This document shows positions 1 to 6,513 of a DNA stretch of 26,394 bases, piece after piece (positions within the stretch are counted from its first letter, which is position 1; every line of letters begins with the position of its first letter). This DNA is from Chromobacterium sinusclupearum. GTDB taxonomy: Bacteria > Pseudomonadota > Gammaproteobacteria > Burkholderiales > Chromobacteriaceae. The DNA is taken from the NCBI RefSeq assembly GCF_002902845.1, contig NZ_PPTF01000065.1:1-26394 (forward strand), read 5' to 3'. The position numbers and the translations under genes were made by a program. Under the pieces are notes generated by a model. It was not told where the DNA came from. It saw only the letters and a program-made list of their open reading frames with translations, and ran no database searches.

Positions 1-54
1 GGCTAAAAAGAGTGTTGCACTTCCGCAACTATATGCCAGCAGCAACGGCTTAAC

Positions 55-549
55 ATGACAAACGCAACCAACCAGCGCCCCGCCCGTCGGGGCGCAATCT
101 TTTGCGGGAGTCAGAAATTGAAACGCGTATTCAGCCCACGAACAGATTTCGTATGCGATCAAATGGAACTCGGCGTGCTGATGTTCACAAACGACGATGC
201 GGCTACAGCGAAACGATTGGGCGTTACCGTAACGGAATGGCAGAAATGGAAATATGGCGACAAGCCCGTACCGCGCTGGCTATGGCTACTGCTACGGCTA
301 GAGAAAGAAGCCGAACGACGCGGGCCATGGCGAGGCTTCCGCGCCGACGGCGACCGCATCATATCGCCATGGGGTGACAGCATGCGCTTTGACGAATGGA
401 TGCAGCTTCAGGAATACCGCCGCGCGTCCCGCCTGGCTACCGAACAAGCTGAACTGATAGAACGACTCATGGCTGAACGCGATTTCTACAAGGAAAACTG
501 CACACGTCAGGCCCGATTCGGACTGATGCTGAACAGGCTGTTCAGGTAG
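55..549 (+). CDS. Small phage regulator-like protein, paralogue A (homologous to 8956..9381)
   Basis: The C-terminal half aligns by eye with the 8956..9381 product: KPVPRWLWLL vs EPVPKAVSLWL, and EYRRASRLATEQAELIERLMAERDFYKENC vs EYRRANKLAERQAELIEKLMTDRNFYRDNC. Family name not established. Start uncertain. Confidence 0.6.
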   Translation: MTNATNQRPARRGAIFCGSQKLKRVFSPRTDFVCDQMELGVLMFTNDDAATAKRLGVTVTEWQKWKYGDKPVPRWLWLLLRLEKEAERRGPWRGFRADGDRIISPWGDSMRFDEWMQLQEYRRASRLATEQAELIERLMAERDFYKENCTRQARFGLMLNRLFR

Positions 550-571
550 ACCATGACAAAGACGTAGCGAT

Positions 572-1255
572 ATGATTGACACCCTCGAAGAAAGCACCGG
601 AGCAAAGCCAATGACAGGCTTCCTTATATTCCTAACCATCATGATCGGGGCAGCTGCCGCACTCAAAAAGAACAAGCCAAAGACCACTAAAAAGCCTCCG
701 AAAACAGAACTGCAGATCAATCCAATACCACCGCAACCACAGCCACAACGCCCGCAAGTCCAGCGTATCAACGCGCACGAAGTCGAAAAAGTCATTGAGA
801 GCGAGCCGGAAAAAAAGATCGACTTCGGAAATGCACGATTCGTATTAAAGAGAAAAACAATTCTCACCGAGCGGGAAATCGAGTGTTACCAGCGCCTAGT
901 CAAAAGTCTGTCACCCAATTTCCTTGTCTTCCCGCAGGTCGCCTTTAGCCAAATCCTTGACGCAAAAGGCGGAAGTCACAAGCAAAACATGTGGCTGCAC
1001 AGAACCATGAGCCAAAAGGTGGCGGATTTTCTGATCTGCAAAACAGACTTGACCATGGTTGCCATCATCGAATTAGACGACAGCTCACACGCAGGAAAGG
1101 AAGACAAAGACCGGCAGCGCGACAGCGTGGTACGACAAATCGGCCTACTTCCATTGAGACTACCGAGAACGCCGAAGCAGGAGCTACTAGACCGCTATGC
1201 AGAAATCTTGCAAAAGCTGCACAGCCCAACAAACCGCGAAAGCGTTACAAGCTAA
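572..1255 (+). CDS. Membrane-anchored DUF2726 (restriction-endonuclease-like / Vsr-like fold) protein
   Basis: N-terminal TM helix GFLIFLTIMIGAAAAL, followed by a Lys/Pro-rich linker. The C-terminal domain has the hallmark LTEREIECYQRL ... VADFLICK ... AIIELDDSSH ... RQRD. An alternative start at 611 has a better SD (GGAG). Confidence 0.8.
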   Translation: MIDTLEESTGAKPMTGFLIFLTIMIGAAAALKKNKPKTTKKPPKTELQINPIPPQPQPQRPQVQRINAHEVEKVIESEPEKKIDFGNARFVLKRKTILTEREIECYQRLVKSLSPNFLVFPQVAFSQILDAKGGSHKQNMWLHRTMSQKVADFLICKTDLTMVAIIELDDSSHAGKEDKDRQRDSVVRQIGLLPLRLPRTPKQELLDRYAEILQKLHSPTNRESVTS

Positions 1256-1565
1256 ATACAAACCAGCCCTCGCCGGGCAGGCGTCCCCGGGTGATGTTTG
1301 CAACATCACCCAGGGAGCGCTAAAGGGTATCAGATCGCAGGGCGTCAAGGACCGGCCGCCGCTTTGCGGTCTCCCGAGCCGATCCTTGACACCCCACCAC
1401 AATCCAGCGCGCCCGATGGCGCGAACAAGCCAATAATAAAAAGTGACTATCCGGATGTGACTCGCCGGCGCCGGGTCACGCCTGGTCAGTCACTGTGACA
1501 GAATGATCGACGACGGCGGCAGCTCAGTCACTGTGACCATCCAGGCGTGACGAGTACCAGGTGTG
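1256..1565. other. Structured intergenic region, candidate inovirus IG (origin / packaging-signal hairpins)
   Basis: About 310 bp with no credible CDS. Hairpins at 1286-1315 (13-bp stem with one bulge), 1344-1390 (12-bp arms with one mismatch) and 1475-1551 (25-nt arms). Dense GTSAC motifs. Confidence 0.5.
1475..1551. repeat. Long imperfect inverted repeat (GTCACGCCTGG..GTCACTGTGAC / GTCACTGTGAC..CCAGGCGTGAC)
   Basis: The 11-bp outer arms 1475-1485 and 1541-1551 are exact reverse complements. Each arm also carries the self-palindrome GTCACTGTGAC (1489-1499 and 1527-1537). About 21 of 25 arm positions pair, and the loop is 27 nt. Confidence 0.65.
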
Positions 1566-2330
1566 TCACGCCGGCACAGTCACACGACGACGACTGACCC
1601 TCTTTCGACAGGCAACAGTTGCAAGGCGGGCCCTTCCCTCGACTTCACGGCCACAGCCGCACTCGCAAACGCGGACATCCTCGGGAGAGCGCAGATTGAG
1701 AATGCCACGGGCCAACATTCTGGCCATATCCACCGGCACACCATTACCGACTGCGCGGTAACGCGCAGAGAGGGTGAACGATGGCAGATCTATTCCTTCA
1801 GGAAGTCCCTGCAACTGGCAAAAACGCAACCAGTCGCGCCGGCCAAGCTGCGCGCCTTCACTGGCGACACAACACGGCTCAACATCCTGAATGGGAGGCT
1901 GTCGGTCGACGGTGAGAATAAGGCCATCCCGATGACCGAACTGGAAGTGACGAAGACGATTCTGATGCAAACCACACTCAGAAGCGTTGATATCGATGCG
2001 TTGATGGCTGTATCCGTCAATGATCATGTCGGGAACACCGGACACATTCTCCATCAACCACCAAACCGGATCAGCTTCAATGACACAACGACGATACTCG
2101 GCCAACATTTCCAATCCGTAGCCAGTCGGCTCACCGCGCTGGGCCCTGCTGAAATCAGGACACGGAGGACCGCCGATAATGCCATCAAAACGCCCCCGGG
2201 CAGGATGGAATGTGCGAATGTCGCCACCATAGATGATGTCAGGACCGCGCACCACACAGAAACCCTCAGCCTCAAAACCGCGCCCGAACAAATCGATTCC
2301 CGGAAATACGCTCAGAACAAGCTGTGACAT
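1566..2330 (-). CDS. DNA (cytosine-5)-methyltransferase, short phage-type, no adjacent cognate endonuclease of a known type
   Basis: Motif I is FPGIDLFGRGF, motif IV is GGPPCPDFS, motif VI is LMENV, then QNRLR, and motif X is AVGNGVPV. The tail is Cys-rich (CECGCG...ACRKR). ATG at 2330 has GAGG 10 nt upstream. The longer ORF-track start at 2405 has no such support. Confidence 0.9.
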   Translation of the reverse strand: MSQLVLSVFPGIDLFGRGFEAEGFCVVRGPDIIYGGDIRTFHPARGRFDGIIGGPPCPDFSRAQRGEPTGYGLEMLAEYRRCVIEADPVWWLMENVSGVPDMIIDGYSHQRIDINASECGLHQNRLRHFQFGHRDGLILTVDRQPPIQDVEPCCVASEGAQLGRRDWLRFCQLQGLPEGIDLPSFTLSARYRAVGNGVPVDMARMLARGILNLRSPEDVRVCECGCGREVEGRARLATVACRKRVSRRRVTVPA

Positions 2331-2356
2331 GTTGTGTTTACCTCGAGCCTGGCGGA

Positions 2357-2394
2357 TCACAGTTAATTGTGACCGACCAGGCGTGACCTGTCCA
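2357..2394 (-). promoter_or_regulatory. Putative sigma-70 promoter (TGGACA-17 nt-CACAAT) overlapped by the palindrome TCACAGTTAATTGTGA, upstream of the methyltransferase
   Basis: On the minus strand, TGGACA lies at 2394-2389 and CACAAT at 2371-2366 with a 17-nt spacer. The 16-bp near-palindrome at 2357-2372 overlaps the -10 element. Sequence inspection only. Confidence 0.3.
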
Positions 2395-2418
2395 GGACGA
2401 ATCACCGCAGCTCAGTCA

Positions 2419-3666
2419 CTAAAATCCACTCTTGATCGACAATTCACGCTTCGGGTAGCGCGTATGATCTTCAAGAGCGTAAACATGCGATGTCGCCGGC
2501 TGCGACGCATCCATGCGAACCGGAGGCGGCACAGACTGGCCCGTCCCTGATTTGTTGTCCTGGGCTTTGCCCCATTGATCTATCGGCCACGCGGTGACAA
2601 CGTGAGGACCGCCCGTGCCATCAAGGCGGGTGAGTACGACATAATCGCCGCGCAGCTCATAGCGATAGCCAAAATAGACCAGACCAGACAAGCGGAACTG
2701 CTCGCGGACGTGGTAGGCCTCATCCATGACCTCTACCAGACCGTCAGTTTGTTTGGCGTTGCGCACCAGAACAGCAAGCCGCGGACGGTATTTGGTCAAC
2801 ATGCTAGTAACGTAGTCCGCCGGCTGCTGACTGGTATTCTCGTTAACGCCCTGCCCTTGCACCGGCTTGACCTGCTGCGCGCCGGTAGCGCTAGTGACAG
2901 CAGCCGTAGCCGAGACCGCAGCGCCCTGCCCTTGCGTCTGAGTTTGCGCTTGCGCATTACCTGCCAGCGGCGTTGCACCATGAAAGAAGCCCCACAGAAA
3001 ATAGACGGCCGCGCCCGCCAGCAACACAAACACCGGGATGACGGTAGTGAAAAGCTTGGACCTAAAAATACTGGCGCGTTCGTCCTTGAGATTGCCCTTG
3101 TTATTAACGCCATCGACATGGCTTTTGTAAATCCCGTAATATTTCTGATCGTATCGTTCGACACCGCTTTGCACTTTGGCGAACTTGTCAGGGCCGGAAC
3201 GCTCATTCATCACCCACTGGTAACGACCCTCAGCACCAAGAGCAGACAACTTTTTAAAATAAATCAGACGCTGAACGCGATCACGCCAAAATGCATGGAT
3301 GTTCTTAAATGCTTGACCACACAGCACGACGTCAATACCGCGCTGCCCGTGCTGAGTGATAAATTCGACTTGAGCGGGACTCAATTTAAACTTCGGCGGA
3401 TGAAAATCCTGCACTTCATCGAAAATGACAAGGCAGTCATTAACCGCGAATTCGTGGATATCGCCGGACTTGTCCCACGGCACTTGAATCAACATCTTTT
3501 CAACCGCTTCCAATTCCATTTCAAGAATTTCAGCGACCTTTTCATGATTCAAGCCTTTTATATTCGTGACCACGACACGGCCATTCTTGATAGCTGGAAG
3601 CGCCTGCTTAACCATGGCCTCCCAGCTCTTACCCGCACGCGGCAGACCCTCGTGGAAAACGATCAT
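2419..3666 (-). CDS. Zot / pI-family inovirus assembly ATPase
   Basis: N-terminal Walker A in FHEGLPRAGKSWEA. Central TM helix TTVIPVFVLLAGAAVYFLWGFF. C-terminal periplasmic domain. ATGA overlap with the upstream ORF. AGAGGA SD. Confidence 0.9.
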   Translation of the reverse strand: MIVFHEGLPRAGKSWEAMVKQALPAIKNGRVVVTNIKGLNHEKVAEILEMELEAVEKMLIQVPWDKSGDIHEFAVNDCLVIFDEVQDFHPPKFKLSPAQVEFITQHGQRGIDVVLCGQAFKNIHAFWRDRVQRLIYFKKLSALGAEGRYQWVMNERSGPDKFAKVQSGVERYDQKYYGIYKSHVDGVNNKGNLKDERASIFRSKLFTTVIPVFVLLAGAAVYFLWGFFHGATPLAGNAQAQTQTQGQGAAVSATAAVTSATGAQQVKPVQGQGVNENTSQQPADYVTSMLTKYRPRLAVLVRNAKQTDGLVEVMDEAYHVREQFRLSGLVYFGYRYELRGDYVVLTRLDGTGGPHVVTAWPIDQWGKAQDNKSGTGQSVPPPVRMDASQPATSHVYALEDHTRYPKRELSIKSGF

Positions 3667-3890
3667 TTTAATTGTCCTCTACGAATACGCATGAACTTGC
3701 GGTTAATTCTGAAAGCAACTCGATACACGCGTTGACGCAGGTATTTGTTATAAACGTATTCAGTAATCGACTTGCCAAAAACAAACGCCATACCAAACGC
3801 CATTCCAAAGGTAATTGCCATGGAAATCGTGTAAAACATTGTCGCCCTAACAATTAAATCTATGTCAGCTGTCGAGATTGTATAAGTCAT
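3663..3890 (-). CDS. Small inner-membrane phage protein (75 aa from ATG 3890)
   Basis: TM segment MFYTISMAITFGMAFGMAFVFG and a basic C-terminus. Its stop overlaps the zot ATG (ATGA). ATG 3890 is itself overlapped by the stop of the upstream micro-ORF. The ORF-track start at 3905 lacks an SD. Confidence 0.55.
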   Translation of the reverse strand: MTYTISTADIDLIVRATMFYTISMAITFGMAFGMAFVFGKSITEYVYNKYLRQRVYRVAFRINRKFMRIRRGQLK

Positions 3891-3964
3891 TTGAGTGCCA
3901 CCCATACAAAAAAGGCCATAAACAATAACACCATAAATAATTCAATAATTTCTGTTGTTATCAT
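3887..3964 (-). CDS. 25-aa hydrophobic micro-ORF (MITTEIIELFMVLLFMAFFVWVALK), pVII/pIX-like candidate
   Basis: Not in the ORF track. Its ATG lies 4 nt after the pVI-like stop (GGTGAtgacATG). Its stop overlaps the next start (ATGA). Confidence 0.4.
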   Translation of the reverse strand: MITTEIIELFMVLLFMAFFVWVALK

Positions 3965-3968
3965 GTCA

Positions 3969-4271
3969 TCACCATTGGAATAGCGTTACAAACTTGCGAA
4001 TTACGCGAAACACGTAAGCCGCGCCGATAATAGACATCCCTGTTGCAAAGCCTGTCACGCCGAGAAAATAAAGAATGTCCCCACCCAAGCCGTCCAAAAA
4101 CGATTGCAAACCACCCGCCAGCGCTTGCGGAAATGGGATCAGCGATATGATAAACGTGACCAGATTCAAAAGCTCACCGAATATTTTCACCGCGACATCG
4201 TAAAGCATATCCGGGATGGCTTTTAAAATTGCCATCATCAAATTGATGCAGTTCTGAAAAAAGGCTGTCAT
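3969..4271 (-). CDS. pVI-like minor coat / membrane protein
   Basis: 100 aa with 2-3 hydrophobic segments. It sits between the adsorption protein and pI, as in other inoviruses. SD is AAGGGG. Confidence 0.6.
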   Translation of the reverse strand: MTAFFQNCINLMMAILKAIPDMLYDVAVKIFGELLNLVTFIISLIPFPQALAGGLQSFLDGLGGDILYFLGVTGFATGMSIIGAAYVFRVIRKFVTLFQW

Positions 4272-4280
4272 GACTACCCC

Positions 4281-5687
4281 TTATTCAATGGCGCGACGGA
4301 AAGCGAAGAACGCACACATGACGCACCAAACGCCATATATGACGTGGAACATATTCTGCGCTGGCTGAGAACAAAACTGATCTATCGTTGCAGGCGGCAA
4401 TGAACCCGCGCCGTCAATCTGAATTGCCGGAATGGTATAGGTCGGGCACGCACCCGCGCCAATACTGACCTTGAAAAATCCCGCCGTGGCATTCACAAAT
4501 GGCGTCGCCGTGACTGCCTGCTGAAATGACTGGAACTTGCTTTGAAACGTGTCCTTGTTTGGCGTATAGACTTGCGGCATTTGTATAACCGTCGTGAAAT
4601 TCGCAAAAAAATCTTTCATCGACGCAGCAACATCTTTCAGCGTGCCATCTTGCGCCACACCGCAGGTATTCACGTCCTTACACGTGATGCTTACTGCACC
4701 GCCATGACCAGTGTCAGAACCGGTACCAGTTCCCGTGCCGGGATTAGTACCCGTACCCGGCTTAGTACCAGTGCCAGCACCCGGAACGCCAAGAGAAACG
4801 CCATTAGTCGTATTGCCCTTTTCCACGCCCTGCCCTGTCACCACGCCACCCACTATATTCGTGACATTAGTTTGATCGTTAGCAGCATCATATTGTTTGA
4901 CCTGAATACCACCAGCAATAGGAAATGATACGGCGGCAGGTTTATCAGGGTTATTTTTCGCAGCATCTTTTGACATATACATTTTTATATTGTCATTCGA
5001 CACTACAGAAAATGTTCCATTTTTCATGGCTATGCCACCATCAGCTGCAACAGGACCACAAGCAGGATTTCGAGAATCAATAGATGGGTTATCACCAGTT
5101 GCATCGATTTGACAAGGATTGCCGGGAGGCATAGGAACCTGAGAAGGGTCAGATAAATTACACGTATCACCCGAGCAGGTATAACCGGCTTGCGTATTAG
5201 GAAAATTCACAGGCGCATTGCCATCAACAGACGAACCATTAGACAACACGCACGACGCACCACCATTAGCATATGAAACATATTTCACATCAGGAAAACG
5301 CCAAGCCCAGTTACTTTGGCAATATGCGTCCCCACTACTCTGTTTTCCAGCAGGGCTATTAGGGCTAGGAACAGTTGCAGGCGGCGTAGGCCTGCCAGAT
5401 GAGTCACGCCCCCAATTAGCACCAGAACCAGTTGAGGGCGGGAGTGGAATGCAAGCAGGGTTTACGGCAATCTGACAATCCGATGCATCGCCCGCCGAAT
5501 TTGACCAGAGCGCCACGCCTAATATCGGATTGCCCGCCACAACATCCGTCAGCACTTTGGCAACGCCGCCCGCACCAATCCCCATCAGCGCAGCCGGAGC
5601 AATCGGATTAGCATACGCACGTATCGGGATAATGATCTGCGCAAACATAAACGTGACCAGCAACGAAAATCGGAGCAGTTTTTGCAT
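4281..5687 (-). CDS. pIII-like adsorption / minor coat protein
   Basis: Signal peptide MQKLLRFSLLVTFMFAQIIIPIRAYA. Cys-rich N-terminal region. Gly/Thr linker GTGTKPGTGTNPGTGTGTGSDTG. C-terminal membrane anchor VIYGVWCVMCAFFAF. Located after the major coat gene. Confidence 0.75.
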   Translation of the reverse strand: MQKLLRFSLLVTFMFAQIIIPIRAYANPIAPAALMGIGAGGVAKVLTDVVAGNPILGVALWSNSAGDASDCQIAVNPACIPLPPSTGSGANWGRDSSGRPTPPATVPSPNSPAGKQSSGDAYCQSNWAWRFPDVKYVSYANGGASCVLSNGSSVDGNAPVNFPNTQAGYTCSGDTCNLSDPSQVPMPPGNPCQIDATGDNPSIDSRNPACGPVAADGGIAMKNGTFSVVSNDNIKMYMSKDAAKNNPDKPAAVSFPIAGGIQVKQYDAANDQTNVTNIVGGVVTGQGVEKGNTTNGVSLGVPGAGTGTKPGTGTNPGTGTGTGSDTGHGGAVSITCKDVNTCGVAQDGTLKDVAASMKDFFANFTTVIQMPQVYTPNKDTFQSKFQSFQQAVTATPFVNATAGFFKVSIGAGACPTYTIPAIQIDGAGSLPPATIDQFCSQPAQNMFHVIYGVWCVMCAFFAFRRAIE

Positions 5688-5688
5688 G

Positions 5689-5763
5689 TCACCCCCTAAA
5701 CCCCTTGATTATCGACCACGCGCACAGCGCGCCCAGTGCTAACGCCAGAAATTGCCAGACCAT
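5689..5763 (-). CDS. 24-aa hydrophobic micro-ORF (MVWQFLALALGALCAWSIIKGFRG), minor-coat-like candidate
   Basis: Not in the ORF track. GGTGAG SD 2 nt upstream of the ATG (tight spacing). Its stop TGA lies 1 nt before the pIII-like ATG (GGGGGTGAcATG). Confidence 0.4.
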   Translation of the reverse strand: MVWQFLALALGALCAWSIIKGFRG

Positions 5764-5775
5764 ATCTCACCCCGG

Positions 5776-5805
5776 AATAAAAAATGGGGAGGCCGCAGCC
5801 TCCCC
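5776..5805 (-). terminator. Rho-independent terminator downstream of the major coat gene
   Basis: On the minus strand, GGGGAGGC-tgcg-GCCTCCCC is followed by ATTTTTTATT. The position matches the terminator that follows gVIII in Ff phages. Confidence 0.7.
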
Positions 5806-5824
5806 TTGCACGGCTGCGATGCGC

Positions 5825-6046
5825 TTACTTCAGCATGGACATCACGGTACGGAAACCCCACTTGGCCACACGCGGCAGCATCAGCACGGCGGCAATGGCG
5901 GCGATACCCGTCACAACAGTGCCAGCATTCACGGAACTTGTGATGGACGAGTAGTCCACGCCACCGCCATCAGCAAAGGCCGGAACGGCCAAAATGGCGG
6001 CAGGAACAGCAGCGGCATATTTCTTAGCGATGTTGATGAATTTCAT
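5825..6046 (-). CDS. Major coat protein precursor (pVIII-like)
   Basis: From ATG 6046 (SD AGAGGA) the signal peptide is MKFINIAKKYAAAVPAAILAVPAFA. The mature protein is about 48 aa with an acidic N-terminus, the hydrophobic core VVTGIAAIAAVLML and the basic C-terminus RVAKWGFR..K. Confidence 0.8.
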   Translation of the reverse strand: MKFINIAKKYAAAVPAAILAVPAFADGGGVDYSSITSSVNAGTVVTGIAAIAAVLMLPRVAKWGFRTVMSMLK

Positions 6047-6297
6047 GGTCGATCCTCTTCTATAAATCGAATGAATTGCCCGAATGCGTCCGAAACAACG
6101 AAGCACATCAGGACCAGGACAAACGACGCGCCAAACGCTTGGCCTAGCGTCGCCGTATCGGTTTTCCAGATATTCTCGGCAGTCTGGAGGCTGGCATAGT
6201 CAGACGGCTGTAAAACAATCAGCGCCTGACACTGCTCAGGTGGCGTCTGCAATAGATGCACCTGACCGGAATCTGTAATTTCCATGCATTGGGCCAT
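6043..6297 (-). CDS. Small phage protein with one TM segment
   Basis: ATGA overlap with the coat gene start. Hydrophobic stretch FGASFVLVLMCFVV. No family recognised. Confidence 0.5.
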   Translation of the reverse strand: MAQCMEITDSGQVHLLQTPPEQCQALIVLQPSDYASLQTAENIWKTDTATLGQAFGASFVLVLMCFVVSDAFGQFIRFIEEDRP

Positions 6298-6306
6298 TTC
6301 AGTCCC

Positions 6307-6513
6307 TCAATACGACGGCAATGTGTCGTAGAAATGTGCGACATGAAACTGAGCGCCCAAATGGAATTTGGCTGTTTCAATAGCCGATTCAGCTGAATCG
6401 AACCGGCCAGCGTCGGACAGGAATTTCGTATACCCGACATCCCCGTCAGGCGACGGATACAGAAACAATCCCGTATCGGTATCCTGAACGACCCAAACCG
6501 GCCCGATAGCCAT
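6307..6513 (-). CDS. Hypothetical small soluble phage protein
   Basis: 68-aa ORF starting directly after the ssb-like stop (TAAATG). No recognisable motif. Confidence 0.45.
   Translation of the reverse strand: MAIGPVWVVQDTDTGLFLYPSPDGDVGYTKFLSDAGRFDSAESAIETAKFHLGAQFHVAHFYDTLPSY

Noticed and set aside
1256-1290. A shared att core between the sequence after the DUF2726 stop (1256 onward) and after the secreted-protein stop (9800 onward), based on CAGCCC...TCGC similarity.
   Set aside because: Only a few scattered matching bases were found, which is not distinguishable from chance without a computed alignment.
2357-2372. TCACAGTTAATTGTGA as a CRP/cAMP receptor site.
   Set aside because: The half-sites are in the opposite order to the CRP consensus (TGTGA-N6-TCACA). 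It is kept only as a generic palindromic operator candidate.
2419-3666. Calling the Zot-family gene an enterotoxin or virulence factor.
   Set aside because: Zot-family proteins are primarily the pI assembly ATPase of inoviruses. Toxin activity is documented only for specific Vibrio-type C-terminal fragments, and nothing in this sequence supports it.
2575-3735. 386-aa plus-strand ORF antisense to the Zot/pI gene. Also the 254-aa plus-strand ORF 1563-2327 antisense to the methyltransferase, and 298-867(-).
   Set aside because: The opposite frames carry clear family motifs: Walker A plus TM for Zot, motifs I/IV/VI/X for the methylase, and the regulator and DUF2726 domains. The antisense products have none.
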